NCBI GenBank assembly: GCA_963742495.1
Contig: CAVULZ010000006.1
Location: 93,428-157,427, forward strand
DNA from: Terriglobia bacterium
GTDB lineage: Bacteria > Acidobacteriota > Terriglobia > Terriglobales > Acidobacteriaceae
Length of the DNA: 64,000 nucleotides
Reading direction: 5' to 3'
Part shown: piece by piece, positions 37,189 to 45,502 of the stretch
Layout of the letters: each line of letters begins with the position of its first letter
Position numbering within the stretch: the first letter of the stretch is position 1
Program-made: the position numbers and the translations under genes
Notes under the pieces: model-generated
Database searches by the model: none
The model's input: only the letters and a program-made list of their open reading frames with translations
What the model was told of the DNA's origin: nothing

Positions 37189-37611
37189 CTACTTCGTGAT
37201 TCTGTGTCCACCCGCGGCAGAATGAGCCTTCCGTTTTGTAACGCGACCCGATGTCTGACGCCTTCTGTCAACCCTGACGTGCGCAGTGGTGGGTTCAGAA
37301 GACCCGACAGCAGTAGCAAACGCAGCGGGATTCAGTGCGGTGAGCACAGCGGCTGGATTCCTGTCAATGACAGTGAGCAACGTGCGAGCCGGCGCTTCGG
37401 GGGTCCTCCGCCCGCCCTCCCAGTGCTTGATGGCATCCAGGCTGAACCCAAACGTGTCAGAGAATCTGGCTTGTGTCATGCCAAGTCGATTGCGGATCGC
37501 TTTTACGTCAACCTCCCGGGGCACATGCGCCCTGAATCCTTCTTGCTTCCCAGCAAGAAAAGCCTCAACGTCGTTAAGGCCATCCATCATCTGCTCGAAT
37601 TGCGTTTTCAT
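37189..37611 (-). CDS. higA: HigA-like antitoxin (XRE-type HTH)
   Basis: Trimmed to ATG 37611. It reads [22 protein letters not shown]...[54 protein letters not shown]. It lies directly downstream of the toxin gene (1-nt gap), which is the HigBA order. Confidence 0.75.
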   Translation of the reverse strand: MKTQFEQMMDGLNDVEAFLAGKQEGFRAHVPREVDVKAIRNRLGMTQARFSDTFGFSLDAIKHWEGGRRTPEAPARTLLTVIDRNPAAVLTALNPAAFATAVGSSEPTTAHVRVDRRRQTSGRVTKRKAHSAAGGHRITK

Positions 37612-37612
37612 G

Positions 37613-37963
37613 CTACCTCCCGTAAGTCTCGAAAACACTATCGGCACGTTTCTTCAGCGCGTTGCGTTCCGCCATCGACAGGTTTTCTTTCTCATTCTTT
37701 GGAAAAACCGTGATGAGAAAAACCGGAAATCTCTCGTTGCGCCAGATATACACAACCCGCGCCCCGCCACTTTTCCCCATTCCCTTGCGCGCCACCCGGA
37801 CCTTTCGAAATCCGCCAGTTCCGCGGATCACGTCTCCACATTCCGGGTCAGCCGCAACGAGTGCCACGATGTCCGCACGCTCCTCCTCGCTAAAGAGCTT
37901 GTTGGCAATGGCGAGGTAAGTGGGCGTCTCGACGACCGTCTGCACAATTCTCTTGTACTCCAT
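37613..37963 (-). CDS. higB: RelE/HigB-superfamily toxin (DUF1044-like)
   Basis: [58 protein letters not shown] is typical of this toxin family. It is 116 aa and lies upstream of the HTH antitoxin. Confidence 0.75.
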   Translation of the reverse strand: MEYKRIVQTVVETPTYLAIANKLFSEEERADIVALVAADPECGDVIRGTGGFRKVRVARKGMGKSGGARVVYIWRNERFPVFLITVFPKNEKENLSMAERNALKKRADSVFETYGR

Positions 37964-38306
37964 TGGACACCTTCAGGTCAAGTACGATTGTATGCCATTG
38001 GACACCAATGATTTCGGGTATCTTCCCTGAAAAAGCCCTACAGGCGGCAATTGAGATCCATACGGCGGCTGGTTTGCGATACTCTCGCTTACCGTCAGAA
38101 GCCTCCTATCGCATTCCGCACGTGTGCCTACGGTGTAAAAGGTATTGATTGGAATTACCCTATGTAGCTTATGCGACAAACGCTTACGTCTAGGAATTTC
38201 GGCAAATGGCTCCGAGCCCGGATGTTGAGAATGTCGAACCGAGGACTCTGCGACAGCCGGCAGAGTGAACAGCCAGGGATGAGATGAGTTTCTCTTAGCG
38301 CTTGGC

Positions 38307-39701
38307 CTACAGGAGGTCGGCGATCGCAGCGATACCTCGCTCGATTGTGCTCTCGCTAAGATGGCCGAAGCCGAGCACGAGCTGCGGCGGCCGGGTGCTT
38401 CCAGTTGAGCGGTAGTTACTCATGCCGTAGAGGCCGATGGCCCTGGCCCGAGCCGCAGAGATGACCGCCCGCTCTTCGACTGTGTCCGGGAGGTTCGCCA
38501 CTGCGTGGAAACCCGCTGCGAGCCCACGTAGCTCGACGTGGGGAGCATGCCGCGCCAGGGCCTCCGTGAGCGCTCGGCGCCGACCTTCATACAACGCACG
38601 CATGCGGCGAAGGTGTCTATCATAGCGCCCCGACTCGATCAGCCGGGCCAGTGCGACTTGGTCGAGGCCGGGGGATCCACGATCGTCCAGGTGCTTATCG
38701 CGGGCAATCGCTTCGGCAAGCCTAGGGGGGCAGACGATCCAGCCGATCCTCAGAGCAGGTGCGAGCGTCTTACTGACCGAACTCAAGACAACCACACGGT
38801 CCGGGGCGAGGCCCTGAACTTGCCCGACCGGTTGGCGGTCGTATCGGAACTCGGCATCGTAGTCGTCCTCAATGATAGTCGCGCCGCGCTTGTTCGCCCA
38901 TCCGAGGAGAGCGTGCCGTCGCTCGGGGGCCAGAACACCACCGGTCGGCGACTGATGAGCGGGTGTGAGGACCACGGCGCGCGCATCCGTAGCACCGAGC
39001 GCTTCAACGTCCACACCGTGCTCATCGACCGGGACAGGGATAGCTTCCAACCCGGCCCGGGTGGCGATGGAGCGGTTGTCGGGGTCTCCGGGATCTTCGA
39101 CCGCGATCTGGCGCACGCCTTCTCGGACGAGGGTGCGGAGCACAAGATTGAGGCCCTGTGCAAATCCCGAGCAGATCACCATATTCTGAGAGTTCGCGAC
39201 CGCGCCACGAACCCGGCGCAGGTAGGCGACAAGGACCTCACGTAACGCGATGCTCCCACGTGGTTCGGAATAGCCAAAGGCTTCCGGTGGCGCTCCGCGG
39301 GCAACCTCCCCCAGCGCCCAGAGCCAGTCGCGCCGTGGAAAGCTCGTGAGGTCGGGCACTCCGGGACGGAAATCGACAACAAGCCGCGGCGTGGCAGCGA
39401 TTCGGGGGGACAATTGTGGCACCGCCTGTGCGCTCGCCGCCACGCGAGTGGCGGAGCCCACCCGCGTGATCAAGTACCCTTCGGCCTGGAGTTGCTCGTA
39501 GCACTCCAACGCCAGGCCACGGGAAACACCAAGCTCGCGGGCCAAAGCTCTTGACGAAGGAAGGCGCTCGCCAGCGCTCAAGCGGCCCGAGCGGATCGCC
39601 TCCCGCAACTCCCGCTGGAGCTGCGAACCAAGCGTCTCGCGCAACCCACGGTCAAGGCGGAGGAGGATTTCTGGCCCCAAACCGGCCCACTGAATCGTCA
39701 T
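38307..39701 (-). CDS. MocR-family regulator (GntR wHTH fused to aminotransferase-like PLP domain), copy 1
   Basis: Trimmed to ATG 39701 (MTIQWAGL...). The wHTH reads LPSSRALARELGVSRGLALECYEQLQAEGYLITRVGSATRV. The AAT-like domain has SVSKTLAPALRIGW. The 200-aa N-terminal extension in the ORF track is antisense to the EamA gene. Confidence 0.9.
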   Translation of the reverse strand: MTIQWAGLGPEILLRLDRGLRETLGSQLQRELREAIRSGRLSAGERLPSSRALARELGVSRGLALECYEQLQAEGYLITRVGSATRVAASAQAVPQLSPRIAATPRLVVDFRPGVPDLTSFPRRDWLWALGEVARGAPPEAFGYSEPRGSIALREVLVAYLRRVRGAVANSQNMVICSGFAQGLNLVLRTLVREGVRQIAVEDPGDPDNRSIATRAGLEAIPVPVDEHGVDVEALGATDARAVVLTPAHQSPTGGVLAPERRHALLGWANKRGATIIEDDYDAEFRYDRQPVGQVQGLAPDRVVVLSSVSKTLAPALRIGWIVCPPRLAEAIARDKHLDDRGSPGLDQVALARLIESGRYDRHLRRMRALYEGRRRALTEALARHAPHVELRGLAAGFHAVANLPDTVEERAVISAARARAIGLYGMSNYRSTGSTRPPQLVLGFGHLSESTIERGIAAIADLL

Positions 39702-39771
39702 GGAATTGGATCTTACAATAGGCCAGCTAGTTCGGTACAGTTCGAAATCGGGAGACGCGGAGAACATACCA

Positions 39772-41319
39772 ATGAGCGACGAAATACGAATGGGGCCACA
39801 CGCAAACGCGGACCAAGGTCCTAGCGAATCGCCCATGAGCGCGCGAGCATGGGCCACTTTCGTGGCAGTGGCCGTCCTCTGGGGGATTCCGTACCTATTG
39901 ATCAAGATCGCAGTGGGTGACGGCGTCCCGCCGGCATTCGTTGCGTGGGTGCGGATTCTCCTCGGCGCAGCGATACTGCTGGGGTTGGCTTGGCGGGCGC
40001 GTGTTTTGGGCGGTCTCCGGGGCCGCGTAAAGTGGCTCGCTGCCTTCGCGGTTGCAGAGATCGCCGTACCATTTCCGCTGATCGCGGCCGGTGAGCAGCA
40101 TGTGACTTCATCACTGGCAGCGATTCTCATCGCGACAGCGCCGCTGTTCGTGGCGCTCCTTGCCCTTCGCTTCGACCCAAGCGAACGTCCCTCGCTCCGG
40201 CAGTTGGCCGGGCTCATCCTGGGCCTTGCAGGCGTTAGTGGGCTCGTGGGACTAGACATTGCGGGGCGGGCCGATGAGTTTCTCGGTGCGGCCCCGGTTC
40301 TCACTGCGGCCTTCTGCTACGCCGTCGGCCCGATGATCTTCAAGCGCCGACTGGCCGATCTCGACCGGCGGGCCTCAATGGGCGCGAGCCTCGCCCTCGC
40401 GGCGCTTTTCTTGGCCCCAGCGGCTGCGCTCCACCCGCCCACCGCGGTGCCCTCGGCGAGGGCCATTGTCGCGCTTCTCGGTCTCGCTCTGTTCTGCACA
40501 GCCGCGGCCCTTGTGCTCTGGGGCGCGCTCATCGGGCAAGTGGGAGCGGGCCGGGCGCTTGTTGTGACCTATGTGAATCCACTGGTCGCGGTCGCGCTCG
40601 GCATGGCGATCCTTGGTGAGCGGCCCGGAGTCGGAGCAATCGCCGGCCTGCTACTCATCCTCGGAGGCTCGTGGCTTTCCACCAACGGACACTTGCCGGG
40701 ACGACTCGATCGCTTGGCGATTCTCGCTTCACCTCGTTCGACATTTAAAGCAGAGCAGAGTTCTGGCTGGTCGAGATCGTCCCGAAGCCCAACTCTGAAC
40801 CCTAAACCAGGAGGAATGACAATGCGATTCATGACGACGAACAGGGCCAATAAAAACTCGGAAATGGACACTAGGCAGGATCATATGCTCGTTGCCGCAA
40901 TGGACATGAGGAAGACGACCATGCTGCTGTGGATCGTTCAAGGGCTGCTGGCGGTCCTCTTTCTGTTTGCCGGCGGAATGAAGCTAATCCTGCCACTCGA
41001 CGCGCTGACAAAGCAGATGCCGCTCCCCCTGCCAGGTCTGTTCTTGCGGTTCATCGGCTTGGCAGAGGTGCTCGGCGGGATCGGCCTGATCCTCCCCTCG
41101 CTCCTTCGCATCCGAATGGTTCTGACACCGCTGGCCGCCTGCGGGTTGGTGATCATCATGATCGGTGCAGCGGTGTATACGCTGGCTGGCGGTGGTGGCG
41201 CGGCGGCCCTGATTCCACTGGTGGTGGGGCTCCTCGCGTCATTTGTGGCCTACGGTCGCTGGCGACTGACGCCGCATCGAGGGTACGCGCATGCGTCGCC
41301 TCTCCATTCTGCTGGCTAA
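39772..41319 (+). CDS. EamA/DMT transporter continuing in frame into a DoxX-like membrane domain (fusion or lost stop codon)
   Basis: The 10-TM EamA-like part runs to about 40720 (...LLILGGSWLSTNG). An ~80-aa low-complexity linker follows. The DoxX-like part (MLLWIVQGLLAVLFLFAGGMKL...FIGLAEVLGGIGLILP) is preceded by an internal AGGAGG plus ATG at 40816/40822. The start codon is uncertain (39772, 39790 or 39835). Confidence 0.7.
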   Translation: MSDEIRMGPHANADQGPSESPMSARAWATFVAVAVLWGIPYLLIKIAVGDGVPPAFVAWVRILLGAAILLGLAWRARVLGGLRGRVKWLAAFAVAEIAVPFPLIAAGEQHVTSSLAAILIATAPLFVALLALRFDPSERPSLRQLAGLILGLAGVSGLVGLDIAGRADEFLGAAPVLTAAFCYAVGPMIFKRRLADLDRRASMGASLALAALFLAPAAALHPPTAVPSARAIVALLGLALFCTAAALVLWGALIGQVGAGRALVVTYVNPLVAVALGMAILGERPGVGAIAGLLLILGGSWLSTNGHLPGRLDRLAILASPRSTFKAEQSSGWSRSSRSPTLNPKPGGMTMRFMTTNRANKNSEMDTRQDHMLVAAMDMRKTTMLLWIVQGLLAVLFLFAGGMKLILPLDALTKQMPLPLPGLFLRFIGLAEVLGGIGLILPSLLRIRMVLTPLAACGLVIIMIGAAVYTLAGGGGAAALIPLVVGLLASFVAYGRWRLTPHRGYAHASPLHSAG

Positions 41320-41435
41320 GCAACAGGCGGAGGCCCCCTCGCCGTGGGGCTTTTGACGATTGCGAATTTGTCGATTCAACGCTGACTGCGTGATGTCAAC
41401 TCAAATAAAGTAGTCCGAGGAATGGAGGTTTTCTT

Positions 41436-41855
41436 GTGAGCAAAGATAGGAAGGTCGGGCACATGTACATCTCGGTAGTGACACTCTATGTTAATGATGT
41501 TGATCGGGCGATCAATTTCTACACAAAGAAACTCGGCTGGGAGAAGACCATGGATGCGCCGATGGGCGACGGCACGCGCTGGGTGACCGTGGCACCTCAG
41601 GGCGGGAAGGAGGCTGCGTTCACCCTGGCGAAGCGTTCCCCACACCGGTCGTCTGCTAAGGACAGCGGGTTCAGTGGCGTAATCATGGAGGTGGACGACG
41701 TCTACCAAACCCATAAGAAGCTCAAGAAGATTGACATTGAATTTACGGAGGGTCCACGGAGCGAACGGTGGGGCGGTTGGGCGATGTTCAAGGACTCGGA
41801 AGGCAACGTTCACGGGCTGCACTCACCAGTACCAGCAAACGTCCGTAGCAGCTAA
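41436..41855 (+). CDS. VOC-family (glyoxalase/bleomycin-resistance/dioxygenase fold) protein
   Basis: MYISVVTLYVNDVDRAINFYTKKLGWEK...RWVTVAP...GVIMEVDDVYQTHKKLKKIDIEFTEGPRSERWGGWAMFKDSEGNVHGL. Confidence 0.85.
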   Translation: MSKDRKVGHMYISVVTLYVNDVDRAINFYTKKLGWEKTMDAPMGDGTRWVTVAPQGGKEAAFTLAKRSPHRSSAKDSGFSGVIMEVDDVYQTHKKLKKIDIEFTEGPRSERWGGWAMFKDSEGNVHGLHSPVPANVRSS

Positions 41856-42048
41856 GAGCGGGGCGCCGCTCGAAACGCTCTTTCCGGTCATTTTCGGCGT
41901 GTTAATGTGGCGGAGATTTTGTTTGTGGACTGCGATACGTTTCCTCTGCGAAGTTAGCTCGCCTGAAGCTACGGGCTGCACTGGAAACAGAGCCACTGAA
42001 GTGTGCACCTATGACACAATTCAAGCTTCGACAACGAGGATCACGACG

Positions 42049-42903
42049 GTGACACGAGACCAGAAGTACGAGGCATTCCGGGCGCTCCATGAACGACCTG
42101 GCGCCTTTGTGATACCAAATCCGTGGAACGCAGGAACGGCAAGGATTCTGACGGCCTTGGGTTTCGAAGCTCTTGCGACGACGAGCGCCGGTTTCGCCTT
42201 CGCCATCGGACGCCGGGACTCCGCAGCAAGCCTTACACGGAATGAGATTCTGGAGAATGCCAAGGCCATTGTCGACGCAACTCATTTGGCCGTTTCAGCT
42301 GATCTGGAAGACGGATTCGGCCCTTCGCCTGAAATGTGCGCAGAAACCATTCGCCTCGCGTCAGATATCGGCCTGGTTGGGGGATCAATTGAGGATGCCA
42401 CAGGGGATGCGAAAGATCCCATTTATGAGTTCCAACTTGCGGTGGAGCGGGTCGCGGCGGCGGCGAAGACGGCTCATGATTGCCAGTTCATGCTGACCGC
42501 AAGAGCCGAGAACTTCCTTCATGGCCTTCCCGACCTAGACGATACCATACGGCGATTGCAATCCTTTGCCGAGGTTGGCGCGGATGTTCTCTACGCGCCA
42601 GGGCTCCCGAGCCTCGAAGCCATCCGAGACGTTTGCGCGTCGGTTTCCAAGCCCGTCAACGTCGTTATGGGCTTGAAGGGGGCTACGTTTTCCGTAGAAG
42701 AGCTGGCTGCTGCCGGAGTAAAGCGGATCAGCGTCGGTGGAGCCTTAGCCCGCGCCGCCCTGGGAGCATTTGTGCGAGCTGCGCGCGAAGTGAAAGACAA
42801 AGGAACTTTCATTTTTGCGGCGGATGCTCTTCCTCATGCGGAGGCGAAGGGCTATATGTCACATGTCAAATTAGACAGTCGGCTTCCTGGCCGTCTGGCG
42901 TGA
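42049..42903 (+). CDS. isocitrate lyase/PEP mutase-family protein (2-methylisocitrate-lyase-like)
   Basis: The start was set at GTG 42049 (GAGGA 8 nt upstream). It reads FRALHERPGAFVIPNPWNAGTARILTALGFEALATTSAGFAFAIGRRD...AVSADLEDGFG. The ORF-track extension to 41731 overlaps the VOC gene. Confidence 0.8.
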   Translation: MTRDQKYEAFRALHERPGAFVIPNPWNAGTARILTALGFEALATTSAGFAFAIGRRDSAASLTRNEILENAKAIVDATHLAVSADLEDGFGPSPEMCAETIRLASDIGLVGGSIEDATGDAKDPIYEFQLAVERVAAAAKTAHDCQFMLTARAENFLHGLPDLDDTIRRLQSFAEVGADVLYAPGLPSLEAIRDVCASVSKPVNVVMGLKGATFSVEELAAAGVKRISVGGALARAALGAFVRAAREVKDKGTFIFAADALPHAEAKGYMSHVKLDSRLPGRLA

Positions 42904-42919
42904 GGTCGCCGAGCGTACT

Positions 42920-43372
42920 TCATTTTTCCTCGTCAGTGTGCCAACCCGGATTGGTCCACCTTCCATGCTGCCAAACAAAGATCTCAGTCACTCGGCTTGA
43001 ACCGGATGATCGTTTCCCGTCAACCTCGATTTCCACAACATAGCTGCTCCAGACGATGGCGACATCGCCAAAGTGCTGCACCTCGGTGCGGGGGAATTCA
43101 AGCCGGAGCAGCCTACCGCCTTTGGCATGAAATTCGGTAGCAGTGCGAAGCACATCGGCTTGGTTCTTCCATTTGTCCTCGCCACCACTCATGACGATCG
43201 TCTCAGGTGGCACCAATTCCTCAAGTGTCTCTGTGTCGCCGGCAAACCATGCGCGCCAGACCGTTTCACGTACTTTGAGAAGCTCATCATCCGACGGGGA
43301 TGCTCCTGCCATCGAGATCAGTAACACCGGCAGAATGATGATGGCAACGCTAACTCGGAGAATACGAGGCAT
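42920..43372 (-). CDS. SnoaL-like/DUF4440 (NTF2 fold) protein, secreted
   Basis: Trimmed to ATG 43372 (AGGAG upstream). A signal peptide is present (MPRILRVSVAIIILPVLLISMAGA). It reads VRETVWRAWFAGDTETLEELVPPETIVM...FVWQHGRWTNPGWH. Confidence 0.7.
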   Translation of the reverse strand: MPRILRVSVAIIILPVLLISMAGASPSDDELLKVRETVWRAWFAGDTETLEELVPPETIVMSGGEDKWKNQADVLRTATEFHAKGGRLLRLEFPRTEVQHFGDVAIVWSSYVVEIEVDGKRSSGSSRVTEIFVWQHGRWTNPGWHTDEEK

Positions 43373-43425
43373 TCTCTTTCTCCTAGGTAGCTCGGCTGCA
43401 GAATGGGGCCACCGATTGGACGTTT

Positions 43426-44379
43426 TCATGATTCGCAACTCCGGGCGACAAGCGTCGACGACTGGCAATGTTCGACGTCAAGTTTCTGACTGATCTGCGG
43501 GCGGCGCATGAACCACGCGCCAGCCACGCAGACTATGCTGCCGAAGATGGAGAGCGTCGCAACATGCTCACCCCGTACCAGGATTCCGAGTAGGAGCGCG
43601 ACGGGAGGGATCAAGAACGCTGTTGACGACGCGCGCGTGGCTCCGACTCTCCCAGCGGCTGTGGCCAGCAAAACGAATGCGACTCCGGTCCCGAACGCTC
43701 CTAAGATCAGTAGCGAGACGAAGGGCACCAGTGTCCAGCGTGCAGAGAGCACATCGGGTACACCGAGCGGCGCGGTCAACATCACTGCGACAGTCTGTGC
43801 GCGAAGGATCACCGAAAGGGCTCCGTACCGCTGCTGCAAGGGACGGGCAAGATTCAATGCGAATCCGTAGGAGCTAACCGCCGCCAGGATCAGTAAGACC
43901 CCGACGACACTGCTATGACCTTCATGGATCGTCGGCAAAGCAAGCAGCCCGGCTCCCATCAATCCGATGGTCAAACCCGCGATCACTCGGCGTTCGGGAA
44001 CTCGACGGGCGATGGCGGTGGCAACGATGGCGGTAAAAAGGGGGACGACGGCGTTCAACATGCCGGTCAGGGCCGACGACACTCTCTGCTCGGCGAATGG
44101 GAACATACTCAGAGGGAAGGCAAACCACAAAACGCCCACCACAGCGATTCCCGGCCATGCTGACCACTCTACTGGCTTGCGCGCGGCGGGAAACAATGCC
44201 AGGGTTGCAAACCCGATGAACAGACGGACGAAGGTGACGCCGTTAGGTCCAATCGACTTCAATCCCTCGGCGATAAACAGAAAGGATGCGCCCCAGATGA
44301 GTCCGGGGATTGCAACCACCAGCCAGTCTGCGGACAGGACGATCCGGCTCCAACTCGATGCGTGTCTTAGCTCGTTCAT
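43426..44379 (-). CDS. EamA/DMT-family transporter
   Basis: The protein has a 10-TM profile and reads IPGLIWGASFLFIAEGLKSIGPNGVTFVRLFIGFATLALF. Trimmed to ATG 44379. Confidence 0.85.
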   Translation of the reverse strand: MNELRHASSWSRIVLSADWLVVAIPGLIWGASFLFIAEGLKSIGPNGVTFVRLFIGFATLALFPAARKPVEWSAWPGIAVVGVLWFAFPLSMFPFAEQRVSSALTGMLNAVVPLFTAIVATAIARRVPERRVIAGLTIGLMGAGLLALPTIHEGHSSVVGVLLILAAVSSYGFALNLARPLQQRYGALSVILRAQTVAVMLTAPLGVPDVLSARWTLVPFVSLLILGAFGTGVAFVLLATAAGRVGATRASSTAFLIPPVALLLGILVRGEHVATLSIFGSIVCVAGAWFMRRPQISQKLDVEHCQSSTLVARSCES

Positions 44380-44467
44380 ACTATGTCCACTCCTGTGCAC
44401 CAACCATCGCCATGGAAGTTAAGCTCTCGCGACACATACTTGCCTCTAGAACTCCCGCAGAATGTAT

Positions 44468-44956
44468 TCACGAGTTCGCCTCGGACTTCCGGTTCTGATA
44501 AAGCGCCAGCAACATCGCTCCTGCGGATGCGGAAAACACGGAATAGTCCATCGGAGATTTGACGCCGAAGGAGATCGCCATAGAGATGCCGAACATCGCC
44601 AACAACAGTGCGGCACCGAGGGCCACCCAGCGCGGCCAAAGACCAAGGATGAGCCCGATGCCAAGGGACGTTTCAGCCACTGTGGCTGCCCATGCCAGGA
44701 ATGGTATGGCGAATGCCGGCATGAAGGAATTGACTTCTGCCGTGTACTTCGTGAAATTGGCGAAGTTTCCCCAGCCACCATACTTGCCCCAGAGACCGAA
44801 GCGGTCGGCTACGGCGGACAGAAAGGCAGCGCCAAGCGCGATACGGGCGTACAGGATTCCCCCCCGCTCTAACACTTGCAGCCGTTCCGGAGTCAGAATA
44901 GGAAAGGCGTTAGCCGACGTGGGGTGGGACGGAGTCAGAGCTGCATCGGTCATCAT
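44468..44956 (-). CDS. DoxX-family membrane protein
   Basis: YARIALGAAFLSAVADRFGLWG...FLAWAATVAETSLGIGLILGLWPRWVALGAALLLAMFGISM. The start overlaps the stop of the upstream cupin gene by 1 nt. Confidence 0.8.
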   Translation of the reverse strand: MMTDAALTPSHPTSANAFPILTPERLQVLERGGILYARIALGAAFLSAVADRFGLWGKYGGWGNFANFTKYTAEVNSFMPAFAIPFLAWAATVAETSLGIGLILGLWPRWVALGAALLLAMFGISMAISFGVKSPMDYSVFSASAGAMLLALYQNRKSEANS

Positions 44957-45423
44957 TACTTACCTCTCTCGGTTTTGGAGTCCGGCACCGGCACGCTGAG
45001 CGGCGTGTCGTGATCACAAATCAAGTACGCGACCAACTTTGCCGGTTCCGTTGAACTTGCATTGGCGGAGACGAGATGAATGCCGTTGGGTGCCTCGTAG
45101 AAGCTCTCACCGGCCTTGTAGATCACCTCCGGCTCGCCGTTTACTTGGGTTCGGAGCGCCCCTTCGACGACGTAGCCAATGACTGCGCAAGGATGGGAAT
45201 GCGGTGACGATGCCTCGCCTGGGCCGTAGTTAACTTCCACCAGTACCGCCTTCAGGTGGTCGCCATCCAGTTTAGATAGCGATCTGGAGAGCACAATTCG
45301 CGCTCGATCTTTTGCCTGGGGGTGAGCACTGGTCTCTTGGCCTGATGCAAAACTTGCTGCGAACAACCCCCCGCAAAGAGTCACAGCAGCGACGCTGATT
45401 CGGCTTCTGATCGAACTCATCAC
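44956..45423 (-). CDS. secreted cupin-domain protein
   Basis: It has a signal peptide. The cupin motifs are GEASSPHSHPCAVIGYVVEGAL and GESFYEAPNGIHLVSAN. Confidence 0.8.
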   Translation of the reverse strand: MMSSIRSRISVAAVTLCGGLFAASFASGQETSAHPQAKDRARIVLSRSLSKLDGDHLKAVLVEVNYGPGEASSPHSHPCAVIGYVVEGALRTQVNGEPEVIYKAGESFYEAPNGIHLVSANASSTEPAKLVAYLICDHDTPLSVPVPDSKTERGK

Positions 45424-45502
45424 CCACCCCGCAAGGTGTACGATAAACTATGGTGGATCAGGTACAAGATCCACTTTCCGATTTTATGTATGTACCACTT
45501 TT

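Noticed and set aside
39702-40304. A 200-aa N-terminal extension of the MocR ORF (track ORF 38307..40304, 665 aa)
   Set aside because: The extension is Arg/Pro/Ser/Ala-rich low-complexity sequence lying antisense to the EamA gene. The canonical MocR N-terminus (MTIQWAGL... then the GntR wHTH) starts at ATG 39701.
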